Of a stretch of DNA of 64,000 nucleotides, positions 8,807-17,531 are shown piece by piece. The notes beneath the pieces are model-generated. The model saw only the letters and a list, made by a program, of their open reading frames with translations, searched no databases and was not told where the DNA came from. The DNA comes from Desulfobacterales bacterium (lineage in GTDB: Bacteria; Desulfobacterota; Desulfobacteria; Desulfobacterales; UBA5616). The stretch is from positions 109,161 through 173,160 of the forward strand of contig JAWODC010000001.1 in assembly GCA_046483495.1 (NCBI GenBank), written 5' to 3'. A program made the position numbers and the translations under genes. Each line of letters begins with the position of its first letter. Within the stretch, counting starts at the first letter, position 1.

Positions 8807-10312
8807 CTATATGCCGGCCTTGTCATTGCCGTGTCGTGCGTAATAATCGGCCACCCTTCGGAGAACGGAGAATGCCTGAAGCCCGCTTTCAAATACCGGT
8901 ATACCGTGGTCCGTGTAATATTTTCGGGCCGTCAGTTTCCCTTTTTCCAGCTCCAGGTGATCAGGATCGGAAGCAATATCAGGGATAATGACAACGAGCG
9001 GCTTGCCGGTGGTATTGTAAATTTCCTTTGCCGCCGGAACAATTTTTCTGTGATACTCGAACATACTTGCATCGATTCCTTGCGTCTTTGCCTGACTGAG
9101 AAACGTGCTCAACAGATAAAACAGCAGCTGATACAGGAGCAGGAAATGAATATTTTCTTTTTCCGCCATCGATCTCATGATCGGAATGATCACTTCGGGC
9201 GGCATACCCGGATTTGCCAGATCAGCCGGATTGCCCGCAGCGCCTCCGGATGGTGGAAGCAGTGACTTCATCATAGTGACGGTTTTTGCGTCCAGCACGG
9301 GAATTTCGAACCCGAAAGCCGATGCCGCATCCAGGGCTTCTACGCACCGTAGTCCGCCGCCTGCCAAAACGCCGGCTCCTTTTCCGAAAAAAGGCCCCAG
9401 CAATTGGAAAGCCATCAAACAATCACTTACATCTTTTATGTCCGCGGCACATACCGCACCTGCCGATTGAATCGCCGCCATCCAGGTGTTTCGGGTTCCG
9501 GCCATCGATCCGGTATGCCCCACCGTGCCGCGCCGGCCCTGTTCGGAAAGCCCCCCCTTATGAATGATCACCGGTTTTTTGGCCGCGCATGACTTCAAGG
9601 CGGCAAAGAAGGCGGCGCCGTCTTTTACGCCTTCCAGGTAGGCGCCCACCACATGAGTATCCTCATCCTGTTCATAATAGCGGAGCAGATCAACCGCATC
9701 CACGTCGCACCCATTGCCGTAGCTGACCAGAACAGAAAACCGGACGCCTCTGCCCCGGCCTATGTTGACGATGTCGCAGGCGCCGCCGCCGCTCTGTGAG
9801 ATAAATCCAACCCTTCCGGCTGTCTGTGAAAAATGGACTCCGGGCAAAAGGGTCAACCCGCCGCCGGGACTGTAAATGCCGAAGCAGTTGGGTCCGATGA
9901 TCCGCATACCGCTCATTTTGGCGATCCGAATCAATTCGCCCTCGAGATTCGCCCCTTCTGCGCCTGCTTCCTTAAATCCCGCAGACAGGATTTCGACGCC
10001 GCTTACCCCCATCTCCGCACATGCCGCGACTGCCGGAACGACAAACCGGTTGGGGGTTGCGATGATCGCCAGATCGAGAGCCTCCCCCACAGAACGGATA
10101 TCCGGTAATGCTTCCAGGCCCTGAACCCTTTGCTCTTTGGGGTGGATGGGATAGAGTTTTCCGGCAAAGCCGAATTCCATCAAATTCTTCAGAATTCTGC
10201 CGCCGAATTTTGTCGAATCATTTGAAGCGCCGATAACGGCGACACGACGCGGCTTGAAAATGCGGTCAAGATGATGAATGTCCATATTCAGCTCCGGGTT
10301 GGTGTTTGTCAA
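8807..10312 (-). CDS. ADP-forming acyl-CoA synthetase, alpha-type subunit (second paralogue, no ATP-grasp domain)
   Basis: VAVIGAS, SAGFKE, GPNCFG, SQSGG, YGNGCD, GHTGSMAG, NPADL; start may be ATG 10285. Confidence 0.85.
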   Translation of the reverse strand: MTNTNPELNMDIHHLDRIFKPRRVAVIGASNDSTKFGGRILKNLMEFGFAGKLYPIHPKEQRVQGLEALPDIRSVGEALDLAIIATPNRFVVPAVAACAEMGVSGVEILSAGFKEAGAEGANLEGELIRIAKMSGMRIIGPNCFGIYSPGGGLTLLPGVHFSQTAGRVGFISQSGGGACDIVNIGRGRGVRFSVLVSYGNGCDVDAVDLLRYYEQDEDTHVVGAYLEGVKDGAAFFAALKSCAAKKPVIIHKGGLSEQGRRGTVGHTGSMAGTRNTWMAAIQSAGAVCAADIKDVSDCLMAFQLLGPFFGKGAGVLAGGGLRCVEALDAASAFGFEIPVLDAKTVTMMKSLLPPSGGAAGNPADLANPGMPPEVIIPIMRSMAEKENIHFLLLYQLLFYLLSTFLSQAKTQGIDASMFEYHRKIVPAAKEIYNTTGKPLVVIIPDIASDPDHLELEKGKLTARKYYTDHGIPVFESGLQAFSVLRRVADYYARHGNDKAGI

Positions 10313-10318
10313 TGACGA

Positions 10319-11377
10319 TCACCGGTTTTCTGCGCACGCTTGTGTAGTTAGCCATTGAATCTGGTGTTTGATGTTCCGGATATCCGTTTCACCGGGGGCA
10401 AATGGAAAATTGCGGATGTTCGGGCCCGGCCTGGAATTGGCATAGGGCCTGTTGCAAGCGACACTGCCGTCTTTTCCGCTGCAGCCGCTGGTTCTAAAAG
10501 GTTCGCCGGATTCGATCATCCGATTCAGCCGGTTACCGTTTATGCCGAAATCACATATTCGGCCTTCCGGGTCGAACGCGAATCCATCCACGCGGGATGC
10601 CGCTTCATCGATTATAAACCTGGCCAATTGAATCCGCCGGTATTGGTCCATGGATGGCGGGCGGTGATCTGCCATGGCCGAGTCGGCTTCCGGGTAGAAT
10701 GAAAACAGGTGCGTCCTGCCGCCCATATCACGGGAGCGCTGTATGGCCCTGCACATTTCCTGTTCCGTCTCCCCCATTCCTACGATAAAATGGGGACCGG
10801 CATTGCCGTCGCCGACCAGCGATACGGCCTGTGCAAGACAATCCCAGTATCGCTCCCACCGATGGGGTCCGCCGACTCCACTGCCCCGGTAGCGATCGAA
10901 AAGATCTTTTGTGGCGAGGTCCACGGCTACTCCGATCTTGTCGGCGCCGGCCGCCCTGAACGCTTTTACGTCTGATTCGCTGAGGACCGTCGGTGAAACA
11001 AGAATGCTGATGGGAATCTTCGTGCGGCTTAATTGCTTGCAGATGTCGGTGGTATGGGCCACGGCACGCTTCCGGGTCACCATGGAAATGCAGATCCGCT
11101 TTACCTGGTTCTTGCGGGCTTCGATCCGGGAGATAATCTCATCGAGCGGATAGTTCGGCCAGTCGACACGGATGAAGCTTTTGTCGACATATTCTCCCGA
11201 CCGGCTTTTGGATAACCCGCAGTAGGCGCATTTTGCGATGCATCCGTCTTCGTATGTCAACAAGAGATTAATGCAGTATAGTTTTGCATTGCGATAAAAC
11301 ATGCCGGATTTGAATCCAAGTGTCATGGCGGCCGCCAAACTCATCCGTGCATATTCAGGACTTTGCTTTTTCGGCAT
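10319..11377 (-). CDS. lipS2: Radical SAM sulfur-insertion protein, LipS2-type lipoyl synthase subunit
   Basis: CIAKCAYC radical SAM motif; C-terminal TSGC...ACNRP matches the LipS2 TxGC..C(N/D)RP signature; next to lipS1 and a lipoate ligase. Confidence 0.8.
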   Translation of the reverse strand: MPKKQSPEYARMSLAAAMTLGFKSGMFYRNAKLYCINLLLTYEDGCIAKCAYCGLSKSRSGEYVDKSFIRVDWPNYPLDEIISRIEARKNQVKRICISMVTRKRAVAHTTDICKQLSRTKIPISILVSPTVLSESDVKAFRAAGADKIGVAVDLATKDLFDRYRGSGVGGPHRWERYWDCLAQAVSLVGDGNAGPHFIVGMGETEQEMCRAIQRSRDMGGRTHLFSFYPEADSAMADHRPPSMDQYRRIQLARFIIDEAASRVDGFAFDPEGRICDFGINGNRLNRMIESGEPFRTSGCSGKDGSVACNRPYANSRPGPNIRNFPFAPGETDIRNIKHQIQWLTTQACAENR

Positions 11378-11395
11378 CGATTTTCCTTTGCAGTA

Positions 11396-12313
11396 TTACA
11401 GGTCATCCGGAACGGAACAGCAGGTCGGCTGAAATCCAATCCGACAGCCGGCATTCCCGGCATAAGCAACAGCCTCGTCGGACGGCAGCGCCATTCTGTC
11501 TACCCCGGCCTCGATGGCCAGAATCTCCATTTTCCGGTTGCCGCGCTCCCGGGCGCATCCCAGGCTGATTACGCTTTTGGGCAGAGCCGATCGTGTATAG
11601 GCGATAACATCGCCGACCTCCTCGGCGGTTGGCTTTCTGAACCGCATGGAAGGTGTTCCCGGAAGTCTCATCAAGGATACGATAATGATCCGGCGAACAG
11701 CAAACCGCGAAAGGAGATCGACGGCCTTCTTCTCACCTTTCAACTTGCCGAAGTGAAGCCCGCATACGATATGAGGCGCCACCTCCAACCCCGCCCGATT
11801 AAGGGATTCCAGTGTTTTCACAATTCGTGATACGCCGTATGGCGCATGGCAGACCTGTTTTAGTGTGTCATCTTCTCCAACCACGTCGATCAAGACCTGA
11901 TCGACCCCTGCCGTCTTGAGTTCATGCGCCGTCCGATCATCCATCATGCCCCCGTGAATGGAAATATGCAGCCGGGTTTTTTGTTTGATTTCGCGGATAG
12001 CGGGCAAAAACCTGCTCCACGGAAGCTCTCCACGGCTATTGCATCCGCCTGTCAGCAGAACCCCGGGATTTCCCTTCTCATAGAGAGTGGCGCAGCGCCG
12101 AATCAACGCTTCATTCGTTGCCGCCGGGAACATGGACTGCAGCAGTTTGCCGCGGCAATGGTCGCATTGAAGTTCACAACGATTTCCAGTAATGGAAACA
12201 GCATCGTATGCCCCGGTCATCCCGGCGTACCGGAACATGCCCGGAACATAAAATGTGATTTTTTTCAAGGCTTCCATAACCCTTTCGACCGTTGTCGAAG
12301 CATCACCGCACAT
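11396..12313 (-). CDS. lipS1: Radical SAM sulfur-insertion protein, LipS1-type lipoyl synthase subunit
   Basis: SITGNRCELQCDHC; LGCAR and terminal TCCS match the LipS1 GC(M/A)R and CC signatures; start uncertain. Confidence 0.8.
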   Translation of the reverse strand: MCGDASTTVERVMEALKKITFYVPGMFRYAGMTGAYDAVSITGNRCELQCDHCRGKLLQSMFPAATNEALIRRCATLYEKGNPGVLLTGGCNSRGELPWSRFLPAIREIKQKTRLHISIHGGMMDDRTAHELKTAGVDQVLIDVVGEDDTLKQVCHAPYGVSRIVKTLESLNRAGLEVAPHIVCGLHFGKLKGEKKAVDLLSRFAVRRIIIVSLMRLPGTPSMRFRKPTAEEVGDVIAYTRSALPKSVISLGCARERGNRKMEILAIEAGVDRMALPSDEAVAYAGNAGCRIGFQPTCCSVPDDL

Positions 12314-12384
12314 CGATGATTCGTTTGGACCGATGGATCAGTCATGCAGACGCAATGTCAAGCGTTTGTTATAAGGATTTCGCC

Positions 12385-13470
12385 TCATGCAGGGCATATT
12401 CCACCCAATGCTTCGAAAATCGAATCCAGGGGTTGAATAAATTCGCTGCACGTCATGCCGGGTATATGGATCAACCCGTTCTCAAAGTATTTTTCGATCG
12501 TACCCCGAATACGATGATGATCCAGGGGGGCCCCTTTGATTTCGGCCATGAGGTCGTAAACCCCCCGTGAGGGAAATGACAACATGTCCCCGGTAATCAG
12601 GAAATCCTTTACCTGAACATTATTCCTGTGGATCGTCAGTGTAAATCGTACCATCCCTGAATCGAATTTTTTGAGGGCGCTTAGCGTTTTCGGCGCTCGA
12701 GATGTTGACTTTATCAGGTGAATCCATGCTTCCGATTGAAAAAACGGCAGCCTTGTACCCATCATCGCTTCTTCTTTTTCCGTCAGCGGCATGGATTCGA
12801 GATGGATATCGAATGTTTTTTCAAATGCCTTGACAAGTTCTGCTTTCACAAGGGAAATCGGGGGAATGCTACCAAGCTCGGCGGTCATGCTGGTAACCCG
12901 TTGTCGAATGGAGTCGATTTCCCGTACACTGAGTTTTTCGACGGGAATATTCAGGCAGCCGAGCATTTCACTGATATCGCCGTCCATTAAAATCGTTCCA
13001 TGGAACAGCAGTGCACCATACAGCTCGGTACCGCCGGTGCCGGATATCTTCCGCCCGTTGACTTCAATGTCGTTCCTGGGCCTGAATTCAGCCCTTACCC
13101 CAAGCTTGGCCAATGCCCGAATGACAGGTTCGCACAGGCGTTGAAAAAGCTTTTCCGTTATGAAATCGACATTCAGGAAGGTCTTGTCGCAGATGATTTC
13201 CCATCCAAGCTGGCGTTCATCGAGAAAAACAGCCCCCCCGCCGGTGATGCGTCGATTGACCTGAATGCCCATTTTCCGGCAATAATCCGAACGGATTTCT
13301 TCTTCCGCAGCCTGATGATGCCCCAACAGTACAGCGGGAGGAGAGAACTGTAAAAATCGGACGGTATTCAGGGTTTTGCCGTCGCCTTTAAGCGCCAGTA
13401 AAACATCGTCCAATGCCATGTGCTCAGCCGCTGTCATGGGCGGCAGGTCGAGAAGTCGGAACGTGTCCAT
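12385..13470 (-). CDS. Lipoate/octanoate:protein ligase, Lpl(AB)/sLpl(AB) type
   Basis: RRITGGGAVFLD, PRNDIEVNGRKISGTGG, LFHGT; C-terminal accessory LplB-like domain (ITGDMLSFP). Confidence 0.85.
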   Translation of the reverse strand: MDTFRLLDLPPMTAAEHMALDDVLLALKGDGKTLNTVRFLQFSPPAVLLGHHQAAEEEIRSDYCRKMGIQVNRRITGGGAVFLDERQLGWEIICDKTFLNVDFITEKLFQRLCEPVIRALAKLGVRAEFRPRNDIEVNGRKISGTGGTELYGALLFHGTILMDGDISEMLGCLNIPVEKLSVREIDSIRQRVTSMTAELGSIPPISLVKAELVKAFEKTFDIHLESMPLTEKEEAMMGTRLPFFQSEAWIHLIKSTSRAPKTLSALKKFDSGMVRFTLTIHRNNVQVKDFLITGDMLSFPSRGVYDLMAEIKGAPLDHHRIRGTIEKYFENGLIHIPGMTCSEFIQPLDSIFEALGGICPA

Positions 13471-13514
13471 ATTAATAATTGCCGGTTTGCGTAATCTTAA
13501 CGATGATGAAACAC

Positions 13515-13543
13515 ACCATATTATGAAGTTTAAAAACTGTCAA
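13515..13543 (-). promoter_or_regulatory. Sigma70-type promoter of the lpl-lipS1-lipS2 genes
   Basis: Minus strand TTGACA-17 bp-TATGGT, about 45 bp upstream of the ligase start. Confidence 0.6.
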
Positions 13544-13593
13544 ATAGAGGCTTTTTGTTTGAGCCTGGTGCCTCACGCCCGGCCGGCTGTTGA

Positions 13594-15522
13594 TCAGGGC
13601 AATGCCGCGGACAAAACGGATGCGACGGTTCTCGACAACCGGGACGGGTTCTCCACTTTGCCGCCTTCACCGATAACCGCCATATCATACAGCAGCCCGG
13701 CATAATCTTTCAAAACCGGATCTTTTCGATTTGCGTCATAAAGGGCCCTGATTTTTTCCATCACCGGATGTTTGACGTTCAGTTCAAGAATCCGCTTGGA
13801 CTCCGGCGGCTTCTGGCCGGTGGCCGATAACACTTTTTCCATATAGGCGCTCAAATCGTATTGATCACCTGAAAGGCAGGACAAGGAATCCGTAAGGCGT
13901 GCGGAAGGACGAACGTCTTTAACCTTTTCTTCCAACTGGGATTTGACGAAGGCAAAGAACGGTTTGTACGCTTCTGCATCCATTTCCTCTTTCTCATCGA
14001 GGTCCAGTTCTCCCCTTTCCGCACTTTTGAATTTCTTTTTCTCATACTCGGCCAACGATTCCACAACCCATTCATCCACCGGATCCGTCATCAGAAGGAT
14101 CTCGTATCCTTTATCCTTCAGCCTTTCGAGCAGCGGGCTGTTGTTGAGCAGGGAAATGTTTTCTCCGGTAAGATAGAATATTTCCTTCTGGTCCGGCTTC
14201 ATCCGGGAGACATACTCCGAAAGCGATACCCATTTTCCTTCAGAGGCCGTGGTCTTGTAGCGCAACAGATCGGCGATTCTCGTCTTGTTTTCCGGGTCCG
14301 TATGAATGCCGATTTTGAGAATGGGTCCGAATTCTTCGAAGAACGCGGTAAATTTTTCTTCCTCGAAATCTTTAATGAGATCGAGTACTTTTTTTACCAG
14401 GTTTCGGCGTATATTTCGAATAAGACGGTCCTGTTGGAGAATTTCACGGCTGACATTGAGGTTTAAATCCGGAGCGTCCACCACGCCTTTTACGAATCCC
14501 AGATACTCCGGAATCAGCTCCCGGCAGTCCTCCATGACAAAAATACGCTTGCAATAGAGATGGACGCCGTGCCGCTTTTCGGTGCGAAACAGGTCAAACG
14601 GCGCTTTAGCGGGTATGTAAAGCAGAGCGTTGTATTCGGTGGTTCCTTCGAACTTCATGTGCAGCCTGGCGAGCGGCGGATTCCAGTCATGGCTGATGTG
14701 GGAATAGAACTCGTTGTACTCGTCGTCCGTAACCTCATGCTTATCCCGCGCCCAGATCGCTTTCATGGAGTTCAGGGTTTCTTCACGGATAACGGTGCGG
14801 GTGGTCTTTCCGATGGCTTTTCCATCCTTATCCTTGATTTGCTCCTCTTCCGGAATGGGCTCTTCTTTCTCGACGTCCATGACAATAGGATAGGTGACGA
14901 AATCCGAATGCTTCTTGATAATCCGCCGAATCACCCACTCATCGGTAAAATCGATTCCGTCTTTTTCGGGTTTTTTCAGTTTCAGAATAATGGTCGTTCC
15001 CCTTCCGTCCTTTTCGACGGGTTCAATGGAAAAAGTACCGTCCCCCGAAGACTCCCACTTCACCGCATTGTCCGATCCTGCAGCCCTTGTAATCAGTGTC
15101 ACCTTTTCCGAAACGATGAACGCACTATAAAACCCTACGCCGAACTGACCGATCAATTCGGGCGTTACGATGGTTTCGTGGTCCAGCCGCTGCAGCGCTT
15201 CAGCGAACTCGGCGGTTCCGCTTTTGGCGATCGTGCCGATGTTTTCCAGGACCTCATCGTAGGTCATTCCGATGCCGTTGTCGGAAATTTCCAGAATCCG
15301 ACCGATGCCGTCCCTTTTGATTTTGATTTTCAGTTCGGTGTCCTCTTTCATCACTTCCGGATCGGTCTGTGATTTGAACCGGAGACGATCCAGTGCATCG
15401 GAAGCGTTGGATATCAACTCTCTCAAAAAGATTTCCTGGTTCGAATAAAGAGAGTTGATAATCAGGTGCAGCAGCTGCTGCACTTCTGTCTTGAACTCAT
15501 GGGTTTCTTTACGCGGCGTCAT
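13594..15522 (-). CDS. htpG: Molecular chaperone HtpG (Hsp90)
   Basis: [47 protein letters not shown]. Confidence 0.98.
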   Translation of the reverse strand: MTPRKETHEFKTEVQQLLHLIINSLYSNQEIFLRELISNASDALDRLRFKSQTDPEVMKEDTELKIKIKRDGIGRILEISDNGIGMTYDEVLENIGTIAKSGTAEFAEALQRLDHETIVTPELIGQFGVGFYSAFIVSEKVTLITRAAGSDNAVKWESSGDGTFSIEPVEKDGRGTTIILKLKKPEKDGIDFTDEWVIRRIIKKHSDFVTYPIVMDVEKEEPIPEEEQIKDKDGKAIGKTTRTVIREETLNSMKAIWARDKHEVTDDEYNEFYSHISHDWNPPLARLHMKFEGTTEYNALLYIPAKAPFDLFRTEKRHGVHLYCKRIFVMEDCRELIPEYLGFVKGVVDAPDLNLNVSREILQQDRLIRNIRRNLVKKVLDLIKDFEEEKFTAFFEEFGPILKIGIHTDPENKTRIADLLRYKTTASEGKWVSLSEYVSRMKPDQKEIFYLTGENISLLNNSPLLERLKDKGYEILLMTDPVDEWVVESLAEYEKKKFKSAERGELDLDEKEEMDAEAYKPFFAFVKSQLEEKVKDVRPSARLTDSLSCLSGDQYDLSAYMEKVLSATGQKPPESKRILELNVKHPVMEKIRALYDANRKDPVLKDYAGLLYDMAVIGEGGKVENPSRLSRTVASVLSAALP

Positions 15523-15771
15523 AGGTACTCCTCGAATCTGTTTTGGTGTATGTCTTTAAATTACCAGCCCGATTTGTTGAACCGCCGGTTCGATGCTCAC
15601 GGAAATACTCCTGCGGTTCAAGACGGGCGCTCGCCCTGATTTTATATGTGTCATGCGGATTCGTTTTTTTGGCTTTAAAGATATGCTGCGAATGCAGCCC
15701 TGACCGTCCGAAAAACGACTGCAACTGAGACCGGCCTATCCATGCGCCGACGCACCAGGCTGGTTTTCGGC

Positions 15772-15803
15772 AATATAATGGTGATTAATCTCAATTTGTC
15801 AAG
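15772..15803 (-). promoter_or_regulatory. Candidate sigma32 (RpoH)-type promoter of htpG
   Basis: Minus strand CTTGACA-13 bp-CACCATTA, similar to consensus CTTGAAA-N13/14-CCCCATNT, upstream of a heat-shock gene. Confidence 0.55.
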
Positions 15804-15918
15804 TCCTGGAGGGAACGTTGGGGGTCGGTGCCCTGCTTTTCGCCTTATAAGTGTCAATACAGACCGATTTTAAAACGCATGACAACGAATCAAACGTGAG
15901 GCGTCCCAAAACCGCCGG

Positions 15919-17103
15919 CTACGGCATCGATTCCTTTATCAATTCCGTAATGTCCATCACCTTGAGATCGATTTTGTTGCGTCGCACATAGGTGGTCATC
16001 GTCCGAACGCATTGCTGGCAGGATGTCACCACAGCTTCGGCACCGGTTTTTAAAATTTCTTCGATCTTTTTTCCGGCGATTTCAGCCGCCAATTCGGCAT
16101 CGATCATTTCCAGGTTCCCGCCGCCGCCGCAGCATCGGCAGTTCTCCCTGTTATGTTCCATTTCCACCAATTTGACCCCGGGAATGCGACGGATCACCTC
16201 CCTGGGTGCATCGAATTCGCGGGCCCCCCTGCCCAAATCACAGGGGTCGTGGTATGTGACGGTGATGTCGTTCTTTTTCAGCGGAATCCGGTTTTCTTCG
16301 ATCAGGTTGTGCAAAAACCGGGTGACATGATAGAGGTTGAAGTCATTCGGGTAGTATTCGCGCCACATCTGATAGCAGGAGGGGCAGGCGAACACGACGG
16401 TTTCAGCCTTTTTGCGCCGAATCGCCGCAACATTGTGTTCGATGATCCGACTCACTTTGTCTTTCAATCCGGCTCCCAATAGCGGGAAGCCGCAACACCA
16501 CTCGTCTTCTCCAAGAAGCGTAAAGTCCACACCCGCCGCTGTAAAAATTTCTGCAAGCGCCATGGGAATTTTCTGGACCATGGGAAAATATGCCGCTACA
16601 CAGCCGGTAAAGTAGACCACCTCGGCCTCATCCTGAATGTATCCATTCTCCGGCGGGTTTTTGGCATCCTCCACCCATTCGGCCCGTTCTTCGTTGTCCT
16701 CGTCGAACACGTTATGGCTTTCGAACAGATTGTTCCGTATCCGGTCGATTTGACCCGGATAAGCCTTTGAATGGACAAGATCCTGTCGAAGATTCAGCCA
16801 GATGTCTTTCAGATGAATGCCGACCGGACAGACCTCCTGGCAGCTACCGCACAGCGTACATCGGAAAACCGTTTCGCTGTATGGCTTCATTGCATCCGCA
16901 TCCGGAGTGCTTTTGCCCGCCAGCCGCCGCATCAGTCCGTAACGTTTCCGATTGATTTTCTTCAATTCATCCAGGCGATAAATGCCGGACAGACGACCGT
17001 CCTTTGTCGCCAGCACCGCCGGGCAGACTTCGGCACACAAGCGACAGTTGGTGCAGGCGCTCATGGCCAGCAAGTCCTTTTTGCTGTATGATGAATTTTT
17101 CAT
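15919..17103 (-). CDS. HdrD/GlpC-like Fe-S oxidoreductase (2x[4Fe-4S] plus two CCG domains)
   Basis: CTNCRLCAEVCP and CTLCGSCQEVCP; FTGC...EWCCG...ACPSC and HDPC...CCGGGG...SCQQC; ATG 17103 lies 1 bp after the upstream stop. Confidence 0.9.
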   Translation of the reverse strand: MKNSSYSKKDLLAMSACTNCRLCAEVCPAVLATKDGRLSGIYRLDELKKINRKRYGLMRRLAGKSTPDADAMKPYSETVFRCTLCGSCQEVCPVGIHLKDIWLNLRQDLVHSKAYPGQIDRIRNNLFESHNVFDEDNEERAEWVEDAKNPPENGYIQDEAEVVYFTGCVAAYFPMVQKIPMALAEIFTAAGVDFTLLGEDEWCCGFPLLGAGLKDKVSRIIEHNVAAIRRKKAETVVFACPSCYQMWREYYPNDFNLYHVTRFLHNLIEENRIPLKKNDITVTYHDPCDLGRGAREFDAPREVIRRIPGVKLVEMEHNRENCRCCGGGGNLEMIDAELAAEIAGKKIEEILKTGAEAVVTSCQQCVRTMTTYVRRNKIDLKVMDITELIKESMP

Positions 17104-17104
17104 T

Positions 17105-17527
17105 TTAATCCTGTTGATACTTCTCGATATCGGCAAGCATCCAATGCTCGATATCTGCAGGCGTATGAATCAGATCCTGCACTTCGGACATGTCGTCGGG
17201 TTTTATTTTGTACATCCAGCCCTCACCATAGCAGTCCCGATTAATCAGTCCCGGATCGGTTTCCAGCTTTTCATTGGATGCCATAAGCTCCCCGTTTACC
17301 GGGGCATACACCTTGCCCAACCATTTTCCCGACTCCACCTGGGCGAACTTTTTTCCTTTTTTCAGGGACTTTCCTTCAGGGGGCAGTTTCACAAATACAA
17401 TGTCACCGGCCATCTGCTGGGCGAAATCATCCATTCCCATGATCAACAGATCCCCTTCGACCTTTACCCAGTAATGATTCTCCTCGTAATAGAGGTCTTC
17501 CGGCATCCGATACCCCTGTATTTCCAT
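17105..17527 (-). CDS. Glycine-cleavage-H-like lipoyl carrier protein (ESGKW type, LbpA-like)
   Basis: LYYEENHYWV, GMDDFAQQMAGDIVFVKLP, lipoyl-Lys in VESGKWLG, APVNG, YGEGWMY. Confidence 0.9.
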   Translation of the reverse strand: MEIQGYRMPEDLYYEENHYWVKVEGDLLIMGMDDFAQQMAGDIVFVKLPPEGKSLKKGKKFAQVESGKWLGKVYAPVNGELMASNEKLETDPGLINRDCYGEGWMYKIKPDDMSEVQDLIHTPADIEHWMLADIEKYQQD

Positions 17528-17531
17528 CGTT

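Noticed and set aside
15567..15628. Possible 6S RNA (TTGAAC/GTTCAA motif)
   Set aside because: The hairpin is only about 60 nt; I could not see the long closing stem and central bubble. An Rfam scan would settle it.
15523..15918. CIRCE/HrcA operator upstream of htpG
   Set aside because: No TTAGCACTC-N9-GAGTGCTAA seen.
17105..17527. Glycine cleavage system or sHdr sulfur-oxidation system
   Set aside because: No gcvP/gcvT and no shdrA/B/C genes in the window; the H-like gene sits between a NarI-like and an HdrD-like gene instead.
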